Part shown: positions 26,000 through 37,773 of the stretch, piece by piece
Layout of the letters: each line of letters opens with the position of its first letter
Numbering within the stretch: position 1 is the first letter of the stretch
Assembly (NCBI RefSeq): GCF_001194135.2
Contig: NC_068984.1
Coordinates: forward strand, 36,361,917 to 36,425,916
Source of the DNA: Octopus bimaculoides
Taxonomy: Eukaryota
Reading direction: 5' to 3'
DNA: 64,000 nucleotides
The notes under the pieces: model-generated
Told to the model about the DNA's origin: nothing
What the model saw: the letters and a program-made list of their open reading frames with translations, nothing else
Database searches by the model: none
Translations under genes and position numbers: made by a program

Positions 26000-26230
26000 A
26001 ATACATTGGTGAACTGATTCGTTGATGAATCACCTCCCATGGCCTGTTCCCAAGAAGATATGCAACAACTTACACATTATTTGGATAATCCAGAAATGGC
26101 TTTCAACTTGTGTAAAATGATTGAAGATATGCATGAACTTAAAGCTAGTGAGACGGAACGTTATATTTCAAGCATTAGGATTGTGAAACATACCCAGAAA
26201 TTGTATTACCAAGTGCAATAAATGGATGCG
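26000..26230 (+). mobile_element. Degenerate RTE-type LINE reverse transcriptase fragment
   Basis: ELI.VDE...ACSQEDMQQLTHYL...AFNLCKM...LKASETERYISS resembles LLFADD.A..AHS..DLQ.L...FGL.IS..KT...L..V..F.YLGS. Confidence 0.45.
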
Positions 26231-26461
26231 GGTAAAAAGATATTTTACCATTAATTTATATAGCAATAAGAAAATGGCGGGAAATAGGTGGTATTCATCA
26301 ACTTGCAGACAATGTATTGTGTCAATTTACTCTTGCTTATTTGTTTATTGACACAATACAATGTCTGCAAGTTGATGAAAACCACCTATTCCTCTCCATT
26401 TTCTCATACTATNNNNNNNNNNNNNNTATATATATATATATATATATGTATATGTATTTAT

Positions 26462-26860
26462 AGGCGCGGGCATAGCTGTGTGTTAAGCAGCTTTCTTCCT
26501 AACCACGAAGTCTCGCATTTAGTCTCACTGCATGGCACCTTCGGCAACTGATCTCTACCATAGCCTTCGGCCGACCAAAGCCATGTCAGTGGATTTAGTT
26601 GATGGAAACTGAAGGAAGACTATATAAATATATATTTATTTATTTGTGTGTGAGTATTAGTGTCTGTGCTTGTACCCCCACCATAGCCTAGAAACCGGTG
26701 TTGCTGTGTTTACGTCCCTGTAACTTAGTGGTTCAGTAAAAGATATCGATACAATAAGCAACCGGTTTACAAGGAATTAGTCCAGGGGTTAATTTCTTCA
26801 ACTAAAAGGCAGTACTCCATCAAGGCCACGCTCAAATGATTGACGCAAGTAACAAGTAAA
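26462..26860 (+). mobile_element. SINE family B copy
   Basis: ggcgcgggcatagctgtgtg...ggcaccttcggcaactg...ccgaccaaagcc...aacaagtaaaa. Confidence 0.88.
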
Positions 26861-26868
26861 ATATTAGT

Positions 26869-27810
26869 CTGTTAAATAGGGATACATTTACTAATGCTAA
26901 CATTAATTTAGCTAATACCATCCATCTCCCTACAAATATGAATAACAAGGTTATTGTATCTGAAGTCAATTACAACAGAATCAAGTTTATATCAAGTAAC
27001 TCTAAAATTAAAAATTCTATATGCCAGTGTAAAATTACTTCTGGTTATATAGTATTTTTATATAGGCAGCTCATCTTTTCGGTTATCTAAAAGAAATTCT
27101 AACCATTACTCTACATTTGGGGATAGGAATAAACGTAACAGTACAGGGCTTAGTAAATTAATTTGGTATCTAAATGACCACAATAAACAATTTAATTTTT
27201 ATTGGTTGATTATCTCAATTTCGATACCTTATGATAAAGGCAAGGAATTCTGTCTTCTCTGTAATTCTGAACTATTTTTAATACTTTTCTCTAAAACTCC
27301 CCATGTAAACACGGTTATAGAGCATGCATACCGATGTAAACATTGGCGGAAACACACCTTTAGTTCATATAAGTGATATCTATCATTATATATAATTTAA
27401 ACATTAATTTTCTTCTTACATTTGACATTCACTAGATATATATTTTGCAAGACTATAGTGTCTTATTTAATTTACATATCGTTATATACTTCTTAATTAT
27501 TCGTTTTTTTTTCTTTCCTTTACTCCTCTTCTTTCTATAGGCTACGTTTGACGTTATATCCTCTAACGATTTTTTAAAACAAACTTATTAGCGTTTGGTT
27601 AATCAGTATACATATCCATCATATTCTGTTAAAATATTTTATTGACGAGTTTCATTTCTTCATTTCCCTGAAGAGAAGATTGCATTGTTTTACACCATTT
27701 TATTCCTTTGGAATATTACTAGTGATATCTTCGAAACATGTCGGATGTAAAAGAATTTGAATAACACCTGAGTTTAACTCCACTTATTTATTCATATATA
27801 TTATTATTTC
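26869..27810 (+). mobile_element. Penelope-like element family P2: GIY-YIG C-terminus, 3' UTR and hammerhead (missed by the ORF track)
   Basis: NSICQCKITSGYIVF, a 1-nt deletion at about 27060, then YIGSSSFRLSKRNSNHYSTF...TGLSKLIWYLND...W...PYDKGKEFCLLCNSE...VNTVIEHAYRCKHWRKH..* (stop 27374-76). Confidence 0.88.
27651..27761 (+). ncRNA. Putative minimal type I hammerhead ribozyme (HHR2)
   Basis: CTGAAGA 27668-74; stem II GAAGAT(27675-80)/ATCTTC(27727-32); GAAA 27733-36; palindromic stem III ACATGT; GUC triplet 27740-42; stem I CC/GG plus CAT/ATG, TTCTT/AAGAA and TTCA/TGAA. Confidence 0.82.
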
Positions 27811-27854
27811 ACGTAAACCCGGAGTTGCTACCTTTAAAAACAAGCAGTTACAAC

Positions 27855-28155
27855 CCAGGCCGACCAAAGACTTGTGAGTCGATTTCGTACTCAGAACCTG
27901 AAAGATGACTCGTATATATGTTTATATTTGCGTGTGTTTCTGTGTGTGTGTGTTAGTGAGTGTTTGTGTTGTACCCCCACCATTGCTTGACAACCGATGT
28001 TGGTGTGTTTACAATCCCATAACCTAGTAGTTCGATAAAAGACGCCGATAGAATAAGTACTAGGCTTACAAACAATACATCCCCTGGTCGTCTTCTTCGA
28101 CCAACGATGGTGCTCCAGCATAGCCGCAGTCACATGACTGAAACAAGTAAAACAA
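27855..28155 (+). mobile_element. SINE family B, 5'-truncated
   Basis: ggccgaccaaagacttgtgag...gcttgacaaccgatg...ctccagcatagccgcagtcacatgactgaaacaagtaaaa. Confidence 0.88.
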
Positions 28156-28440
28156 TTAAAAGGCTGCCATTTTAATCCTAGGCAAGGCTGGGTGTCTCTG
28201 CTAGTACTCTATACAATTATTACTTAAATATAGATAGATATCGATATGTATGTATTTATATNNNNNNNNNNNNNNNNNNNNNNNNNNNNNNNNNNNNNNN
28301 NNNNNNNNNNNNNNNNNNNNNNNNNNNNNNNNNNNNNNNNNNNNNNNNNNNNNNNNNNNNNNNNNNNNNNNNNNNNNNNNNNNNNNNNNNNNNNNNNNNN
28401 NNNNNNNNNNNNNNNNNNNNNNNNNNNNNNNNNNNNNNNN

Positions 28441-28480
<40 letters not shown>

Positions 28481-28897
28481 GCACACACACATGTATATAC
28501 ATTTACATATATTCATAGATATTTAGATATATATAAGTATGCATGTATTTATGTATGGAAATATATTTATATATATGCGCGTGTATGTGTGTGAGTGCTT
28601 GTGTGTCCGTGCGTGTGTGCGTGTGTGCGTGTCTGTATGTACGTGGCCACTTATTTTCTTTTGCATTTAATGTGGGACTTCTGAGCAAATATCAAAAGCA
28701 CTAGTATTTTATTTTTTTATTTATTGTTCTTATTAATCAATCTGAATATTCAGAAGAAGATCATTGAACCGCTCAGCGGTAATTACAATATAAATATTTA
28801 TACTTAATACATCCTTATTCATTGGTTATACTTTCTTCCACATAAAGTAACATTTAACACACTGTTGTTGTTCAGTGTATTTCATTCTATATAGTAA

Positions 28898-28982
28898 CCA
28901 ACTGCATGAGCTACTTAGAATAATTTCCAATTGCATGAGCTACTTAGAATAATTTCCAATTGCATGAGCTACTTAGAAATTA
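28898..28982. repeat. 29-bp minisatellite, about 3 copies (ccaattgcatgagctacttagaataattt)
   Basis: tgcatgag recurs at 28903, 28932 and 28961. Confidence 0.95.
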
Positions 28983-29612
28983 TTCCCTTTTGTATATGAA
29001 TATAAAGTCACCCTTAACATAATTATATTTACAACTTATTTTCTTTGTTTTTTATACACGAGTAACTTTTCCTACTTACCATATATTTAACTACTTACTT
29101 TTAAGCTCCTAGATATGTATTTTAAAACAACTGTACTACTACGAATTTGTTGTAAATTTGAACTAGGATAATCCTAAATCCAAGGTGCAACTTCAGACTA
29201 CATCATATTTTAGCACCACTTGTATCGTATCTTCAATGAGGAAATAATTACTCTCATTTTATAAAATATAAGCTATTCTACGAAAACAAAATACTATAGA
29301 TATCACTCAAAGAAGATCATCCAGGAAATGTATCGAGAAAAATATGGTAAGACAGTAATCAAAGCAAAGATAAATCTATCTTCTGTTCATAAGGTGAAGA
29401 ACGTCACCAAGGTAAAGGGATAATGTTGCAACTGAATCAGAAAAATATATTCTATTTGCCTTGAGCTGAACTTACGCAACACAAGAGTGAAAAGGCTGAG
29501 AAGTTACATTGCTACTGACAAATAAAAACTGTATGGGCACTAAGTATATCCGTGTATGTGTACGCATTTGCTGATGTAATGTATCAGTTAGCTTCAACAT
29601 GTATATTTATGC

Positions 29613-29850
29613 TTAAAAAGGTGTTTCAATTGTGTCATTTTGGATATCAAATGTTATTAGAACGTCGTTCTCTAATTCTTCCTTTAGTCTCTCAATTTCC
29701 TTATGTGTATCTATTACAGCTAATTTAACATCCATGTATCTAGTGTATGTTGCTTGTTTGTGTTTTGGTATCATTTTACTCTCTATTTGGAAAGCTGATA
29801 TGAGTGGAGAATCCAAGGCCACTTCATCTCTTTATATGAGCGTTTTATAT
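29613..29850 (-). mobile_element. Possible PLE reverse transcriptase fragment
   Basis: MALDSPL...TYTRYMDV...ELENDVLITFDIQND resembles the AMGSPL...Y.RYVDD...L.FT.E RT motifs. Confidence 0.45.
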
Positions 29851-30199
29851 CCTCCTCAATAAATAATGCTCTATAGCATTAATACACAAAATTAAAACAT
29901 GATAATACCTTACAACCGATACTCTAATAGGCCACTGGACCAAGCTTTCAGCGAATTCTGACACAAATATAATACAGCAAATGTATAAGAGAATAAACCT
30001 AAGAGGAATACATATGCCGCATATAAAATCTATTACATGAGCCAATGTACAAAACCTATCGAGCACATGAATATATAATAAAAAACCATTGTGAAACGGA
30101 CACAAAATGCATCACCCAAGACCATAAACTTAAACAAATAATATATTACAAAATCCCAGAGTCCAAACTTCCGTATCATTAACACATCAGGAACACGTG

Positions 30200-30590
30200 A
30201 TTCCATATAAACTACGGATGGTCACAGGGATCTACCAATTTGACTGTAAAACTGAAAAGTACAAACATCAGGAGACTAGCTGTAATACTGGACACACCAT
30301 AACGAAGCCCTCACCTAGGCACATCATACTCTCCATTGTGTTCTCACTTTCTACATTACCGTTACCAGAGTTGGTCTTAGCTAAGATATTAATGCCGGCT
30401 ACATACGTACTGTAAAGTAAAAGTGAAGTGGACTGTTCTGCGAAGGATTGCTTAGGTTTTCTGTCCCACCAGGTCATGAAGATGCCGGCCATATCTGCAG
30501 CTACACTGACACCAATGGCTGCACCTTGAACCTGCATGCATAGTTTCTTGTTGAACTTTACTATGTAGTTCTTCAAGGTGGTTCTTACGC
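30200..30590 (-). mobile_element. PLE reverse transcriptase fragment (motifs 4-5)
   Basis: KFNKKLCMQVQGAAIGVSVAADMAGIFMTWWD...LLLYSTYVAGINI matches F....Y.Q..G.AIG...A..LA.IFM..W...Y.RYVDDI with the catalytic DD lost. Confidence 0.7.
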
Positions 30591-30774
30591 TAGCTCCTAT
30601 TGCAAAAGTTCACTAGTAGCATGCCTCTTTAAAATTTCACAGAATCTGTACATGTATTGATACTCACACTCATCCGTTTCACATGTATTGATACACATAC
30701 TCATCCGTTTCTGTGTAGTGAGCGGGAAACTAAACAAAACTTGTGCGATAAGTTTAAAATATACGTCTGGGCAA

Positions 30775-30989
30775 GGCGGCGAGCTGGCAGAAACGTTAGC
30801 ACGCCGGGCGAAATGCTTAGCCGTATTTCGTCTGTATTTACGTTCTAAGTTCAAATTCCGCCGAGGTCGACTTTGACTTTCACCCTTTCGGAGTCGATAA
30901 ATTAAATAGCATTTACGTACAGGAGTTGATCTGATCGACTGGCCCTCTCTCCAAAAATGTTGTGCCTTGTGCCTAGAATAGAAAAGAAT
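30775..30989 (+). mobile_element. SINE family A, full length (reference copy in this window)
   Basis: A-box-like TGGCAGAAACGTTAG, B-box-like AAGTTCAAATTCC, central gtcgactttg.ctttca.cctttcgg.gtcgataa domain (resembles the Meta-SINE domain as recalled), tail gccttgtgcctagaatagaaaaga. Confidence 0.92.
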
Positions 30990-33224
30990 ATACGTGTGTG
31001 CGTCTGTGTATATATATATATATACACATATAATGTATACATACGCGCACACATACGCACATAGATATATATACATGCATTTTTTTTCATCCTTGTTTAG
31101 CTGTAGTAAATTTCTTTAATATATAATGTATTTCTGAGTATTTGTATGTATGAAAGCCTCAAATTCAAAATAATAGACCATATCAGACTGAACATTTTCT
31201 TGTATAATGATTGAGTACGAATGAGTTAGACACAACAAAAATAATTGGAGGAAGAAGCACTGACAATAGAACTTAGTGATAGATATTATATCCATGAACT
31301 AAGTTAAAGTGCTTAATACTTAATAAGGTGGTCTTAAATATTTTATAAGGTAAAATTACTTATCCGAGCGACTACATTATCTGACCAACCGTCAATTTTC
31401 ATTATGGTTGGCAGATGAGAAGTAAGTTCGACAGATACTGGAGAAACCACATGATGGTAAGAAAATAATATTGAATGTAGCAGTGGGTGTTAAATTGGAC
31501 GACTGCTGCAGAAATATCTATCTAATCTATATAACATAACGACCTGTATTCGCTGGGTATTAAAGCATTTGCTTAACATATTATGAAATGTAAGTCATGA
31601 TTTTGCAGTACTCTTCGTAATTGTGGTGTTTAAATCTGGGCAAGTTAGCAGTGTTACTTATTTCTATATACGGGCAATAAATATATTTTCACCTAGACGT
31701 TCAAATTAGAAGCGTAGTATTATAATATATATTATGATTTTTCACAGTAACTCACATATTTATGAAGCGTGTGATTTGTGTAATTAAATATGCCTCATTT
31801 TACTAAACGTACTGAATACTTAACTCTGGAGATAAAGGGTGCACTGTCGAAAGAGAAATATTTCGTGGCATTGTTCTCTTCTGTATGTAAAATTGCTGAA
31901 ATATCGTAGAGTGTAGAAATAGTAAGACATCAATGATACAATAGTCATGCATCTTTTAACGTAAATATTCGAACGTAAAATCCATAACCATAAGATTCAA
32001 GTTAATAGGCGGTTTGGACGACTGAAATATTAAAGTTAAATAAAATATTCCTTTGGGTCATATGTTACGCTGGCTATGTCGATATCAATTGGTCACTCCC
32101 CTAAAAATTGTTATTAAGCTTGCTAGAACAGAAATATGAAGGATTTATGATGATAGTGTATCGACAATGCATATAAAGATATGATAATTTGGGGAACGAC
32201 AGATAAAATGTATGGAGAAATAGATTATGTGAAAGAGAGTCAATACTTAATAGTAATGGCTCTAAACTACAATATGTTATATATTTCAAACACACGCATG
32301 CACAAAGAAACACACACATACAGAGTTATAAAAACACTCACATTTATATAAACATTGGAAACGCTAACTAAATATTCTTCGACGTCACGAAAGTGTACTT
32401 AATTGAATTAACTTATGACAGCTTGCAAAAGGATGTATAAGTATATTTTAAATTAAGAACCAGCATTATTAGAAGATAACCCAAGACAACTGTACATTTA
32501 TATACATTTTGAAATACTTCCTTTGCTGGAGAAACAAGCATGCTTCAAACTATTCGTTATCTGTCAAAAACAGATGCAGATATCATAGCTGAGAGCTAAT
32601 GTGAACGTATGTCATATCAAATTCCATTACATTAACAGAGCAAACACAAAATATATAAGGCGATAAATTTCCTCCGTACAGGCAATAATAAATTGTTACG
32701 TAGTTTCGCATTCAAATAACGAGTACAAAATGACCCTCTCATCTTCTCAGTTAATCTGGTAAAGATGGTAATTTCATTTTTAAATAATACGTCAATATGA
32801 AATTTAGTATTAAATTGATAATTATATAAGCAATTTCTCGGGGAAAACCAATGAAATAGCAAATAAATGGAAGGGGAATATAATTATACGATCCAGAGAA
32901 AATAAGTAAATTAATATTTTAAACATTTGACTTTCGTCGGCAACAGAAAGGAACATAAAAGGAGTAAATATGATTACATCCCAAGCTTTCAAACTACAAC
33001 TCAAAATTCAGTGTACAACTGAATCAAAAGTCTATCAAATATTGCTTTCCAAAATCTGAGACACATAGAAATAAGCAAAAACAGTAAAGCGATGAATATG
33101 TGTAAATGGTGCGTTCACTTGTCTGTAGGTGTCATTGCTGTGGCGAGTAGAGTGTGCATGTGTAGCACACAAATACACACGCATGCATGCACACACACAC
33201 ACACACACACACATGCATATTATC

Positions 33225-33430
33225 TTCTACTTTTTACTTTGACAGCAGCCAAGCTGGGGCGTTGCCTTGAAGGGTTTATTTGAGCAACACGAAACTCAGC
33301 GCTTATAGTGGTTCTTAGACTGACAGTAAATTTATCGGACTGTTCGAAGCTGTTATGAGGAAATACGCAAATCAAACTGATTATCAAGACATGGTGTTGG
33401 ACAAGAACAAACACATAGATACATAAAGTA
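33225..33430 (-). mobile_element. Degenerate SINE family B 3' half
   Basis: ttgacagcagccaagctggggcg...gccttgaaggg...ttatcaagacatggtgttggac. Confidence 0.55.
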
Positions 33431-34134
33431 AGTACATACATATATNNNNNNNNNNNNNNNNNNNNNNNNNNNNNNNNNNNNNNNNNNNNNNNNNNNNNNN
33501 NNNNNNNNNNNNNNNNNNNNNNNNNNNNNNNNNNNNNNNNNNNNNNNNNNNNNNNNNNNNNNNNNNNNNNNNNNNNNNNNNNNNNNNNNNNNNNNNNNNN
33601 NNNNNNNNNNNNNNNNNNNNNNNNNNNNNNNNNNNNNNNNNNNNNNNNNNNNNNNNNNNNNNNNNNNNNNNNNNNNNNNNNNNNNNNNNNNNNNNNNNNN
33701 NNNNNNNNNNNNNNNNNNNNNNNNNNNNNNNNNNNNNNNNNNNNNNNNNNNNNNNNNNNNNNNNNNNNNNNNNNNNNNNNNNNNNNNNNNNNNNNNNNNN
33801 NNNNNNNNNNNNNNNNNNNNNNTATATGTATATACTTCAACAATGTAACTACAAGGGTAACTACACTATAGAAGAGTTATGCTTGAAACGTCAAAACAAT
33901 ATCTTTTTACCGATCGTCAAGCAAATACATTCCTTGTGCACGTCTTCTTGTCCGTTAATTTTATTATTCGTATATTTGAATTCACTATATAGACTAGGTT
34001 AAGAAAAAAGTTCTTGCGCCGAGAGTCACCATTGAACATGGCATGAACTGAATGAACACACACACCACAAAAATATACAAAAAAGCATTGTTGTAACACG
34101 GCGCACGAACATATTCCTCAACTTAATAAATCTT

Positions 34135-34594
34135 TACTCTTTTTACTTGTTTCAATAATTTGACTGCGGCCATGCTGGAGCACCGCCTTTAGTCGAGCAA
34201 ATCGACCCAAGGACTTATTCTTTGTAAGCCTAGTACTTATTCAATTGGTCTATTTTGCCGAACCACTAAGTTACGGGGACGTAAACATAAGAGCATCGGT
34301 TGTCAAGCGATGGTGTGGGACAAACACAAACAAATAAACATATACACACATATACAGACATATATACATATATACGACAGGCTTCTTTCAGTTTCCGTCT
34401 ACCAAATCCACTCACAAGGCTTTCGTCGGCCTTGCCCAAGGTGCCACGCAGTGGGACTGGACCCGGAACCATGTGGTTCGTAAGCAAGCTACTTACCACA
34501 CAGCCACTCCTTCGCTTATATATAAATTATTTCATTATTTTTTCTTTAACTTCTTTCAGCTTCCTTTTAACAAATCCACTCACAAGTCTTTGGT
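34135..34594 (-). mobile_element. SINE family B with a small internal deletion, followed by a partial repeat of its head-side segment (about 34550-34594)
   Basis: Colinear with 19481-19901; lacks the ctaggctatagtggaagac segment; ttctttcag...aaatccactcacaag recurs just before the gap. Confidence 0.88.
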
Positions 34595-35243
34595 NNNNNN
34601 NNNNNNNNNNNNNNNNNNNNNNNNNNNNNNNNNNNNNNNNNNNNNNNNNNNNNNNNNNNNNNNNNNNNNNNNNNNNNNNNNNNNNNNNNNNNNNNNNNNN
34701 NNNNNNNNNNNNNNNNNNNNNNNNNNNNNNNNNNNNNNNNNNNNNNNNNNNNNNNNNNNNNNNNNNNNNNNNNNNNNNNNNNNNNNNNNNNNNNNNNNNN
34801 NNNNNNNNNNNNNNNNNNNNNNNNNNNNNNNNNNNNNNNNNNNNNNNNNNNNNNNNNNNNNNNNNNNNNNNNNNNNNNNNNNNNNNNNNNNNNNNNNNNN
34901 NNNNNNNNNNNNNNNNNNNNNNNNNNNNNNNNNNNNNNNNNNNNNNNNNNNNNNNNNNNNNNNNNNNNNNNNNNNNNNNNNNNNNNNNNNNNNNATATAT
35001 ATATATATACACATATGGTGGGGTGTTCACGTAGGAAGTGTGGGTTCGACTCCCAGGGGTAGAATTTGACATGTTCTAGTTAGTCAACCCAGATTGTACA
35101 TGGTGTTTAAAACTGCATATGTGTTTCGAGACCAATATCCTAATAAGAATTATTTCAGGTTCTTCTGAAAATATATAATGTCCCTATGGTGTCTACTCTA
35201 TACATACATATACTCTATACATACACACACACACACACACATA

Positions 35244-35280
<37 letters not shown>

Positions 35281-35374
35281 GAGTGTGTTGCGTCCGTCCG
35301 CGTGTGTTTGTGTTTTTGTGTGTATAGGTGTGTATGTGCGTGTGTGTGTGTGCGGGCATGACAGGATTCTTTAG

Positions 35375-35515
35375 TTTGTACCAACCAAATCTATTCACAA
35401 GGTTTGGGCTAACCATGAAGTATGGCGGAAACCACTTGCTCAAGATGCTACACAGGGGTCTAACATTGAAACCATGTATTTGAGAAGCAACCTTCATACC
35501 ACAGACCCATGCCTA
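35375..35515 (-). mobile_element. Degenerate SINE family B 5' half
   Basis: ccaaatctattcacaagg...cacttgctcaagatgc...gaaaccatg...ataccacagacccatgcct. Confidence 0.55.
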
Positions 35516-37574
35516 CCTCATGAGAGGCATGTGCGTTTGTGATAAATCATATCAGCTTGGAAATGGAGAGTTTGAAATCGATAGAAGTATTTTTTGGCTT
35601 CCAGCTGCGTGTTGGTAGCTGAAACAAAGAGAAATATTTTCTAAATATACAACATCACGCTGAATAGGTTTTTCGTGTAGCAAATTGTTTTTTGTCGTAG
35701 AGTAGTAGCACACGGAAAGAAGGTGGAATGAGTTACATTTATAAAGTGTAGACACGTTCTGGATAAAAGTATGTGATGCAACAGTATCCTAAAAATGAGC
35801 ATGCTTCGATATTTCACATGATCAACGAACGGTGGAGTAGAATATAAGTCAGTTGAGAGAATATAAAGAAACGGAATTCAAATTCTAAGAACTGTCGGAA
35901 ACTGCAAGGAACAGACTTTAAGTGTCGAAGTATTACAGGATAGTCAGTTCTGGATCTCCTGAGCAGATATTCGAGGACACATAAGCGCAAACATTTTCCA
36001 GCAAAAACGCTGGGGTTAGGATAATGGCAGTTGTGCATTTGATAGATTAAATATTCTGTGGGATATAATAGAGCGAGTATTATGAGTAGAAACGTGGGAC
36101 CTAGATAAAGTATCCGGTGGAGCTTGCAGGATTCTTTGGAAGTAAAATTAATTCGATTCTGATATGAGTCATAAGGTGCTAAGAAATGGAAAATATCATA
36201 TACGTTTGGGTGCAGCTAGAAGAGAGAATATATATTCTGTAAATGTCATTGATAAAACCATTTGGAGCGATTAGACATTACGACATCCGAAGGAATATAA
36301 TAGGATACTGTTAGCATATGTATAGACAACACTTATTTGAGAAAGTTAGTATATTTACTGACAATATGAAGTGTATAAAATATATTATATTTCCTAGTGT
36401 ACTACAGTCTTATACAACCATAGTTAAGTGACCATGTGCATGAGATTTTGTTTTGTCTCCTGTTCAAAAATAGAAAATCCGTTTATCTGTGAGCTTAATA
36501 TTTTGAACAATATTTCGGGTATAGAAGTACATTCATTCAGGAGACAATTTTTAAGATCAATAAGCTAATATATAATTTATTTCAAAATATAAACAAGTAA
36601 AGGAAAAGACCTCGTGTCGGATTCTAAGAAATTCTATTCATATTGAGGTATGACTATGCAAGACATCTTACATTTAGCTTCAATCTCTAAAAGTATTTTT
36701 TGATTAATTTATTAAACGACGGGTAAACGACTAAAAATAGCTGCATTATCCCATTATAAACAGATTCATCATAATGACATACAGGAATGGATTTAATAAG
36801 CGATGAATTTAAAAGCGGCAGAGAAAATTATTAACCCTTAAATTACACATTAATTTATCTTTATGAAACATGTATGATTCTTTTCTGTAATAATAATAAT
36901 TCATTGTCGTGTTGTTAGACGCCATGCGATAGCCAAAGATTATGAGATAGATGCTGTCGACAGCTAATATTCTTCTTTGCAAGAAGTAAATAACACAGAT
37001 TTCACACGAATAACACGACTTCAAATTCCCAAGTATGAGTAGGATCTAAGGGAAGTTTGAAACAGAAGAAGGTGATGTCGGTCTGCTTGGCTGAGAAGTA
37101 ATTCACTGGAAACGTCAAGCATATCAGTGGAAATCCATTACAGTTTATCACCGAATACCATCATTTGAATTAACGAGTCTCGTAGAATATGCCAGTTAAA
37201 CATTAACATGTGGGCCACTGTAAACAAATCCGTACCTTTGGCATTCCTTTCTGCTGCTTTTTTCCGAAACAAATTTAAAAATTTGGATACGAGAAAGTGC
37301 TGAAGGCAATCATCCTTACGTTTAACATACTTGGTTCAGGAAAACATGGTTTCACAAAACAAAGTGTGTGAGTGTAAGAGTGTATATGTGTACATAGACA
37401 CACAGCCCCCTCCACCACCACGCACACACATACGTATTTATGTACGCATGAACATACATACGTGTGCATACATGTGACGTTCACCGAAGTGAATCAGAGA
37501 GCTTAGAATCATTGGCGTATCGCTTGTGAGTTAACATAAATATGTTACGTCGAAATAGATATTAGTTTCAAAAA

Positions 37575-37773
37575 TTGGCGCAAGGTCAGTAAGATACCAC
37601 CTTTTTGATTAGGGGCAAGTCGATTCCATCGATCCTAGTACTGAACTAGTACTTACTTTATCCTGAAAGTCGACTTCAACAGAAGTCGAACTCAGTTCGA
37701 ATCAAAATCCTGCTAAGCATTTTGCTGCTAAGCATTTCGCTCAACGTGCTAACAATTCTCTCAGCTCGCAGCC
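37575..37773 (-). mobile_element. SINE family A variant
   Basis: Head reverse complement ggctgcgagctgagagaattgttagcacg; small internal duplication ctgctaagcattt x2. Confidence 0.75.

Noticed and set aside
28898-28982. CRISPR-like interpretation of the 28-29-bp repeats (also 49945)
   Set aside because: Units are head-to-tail with no unique spacers, there are no cas genes, and the context is eukaryotic.
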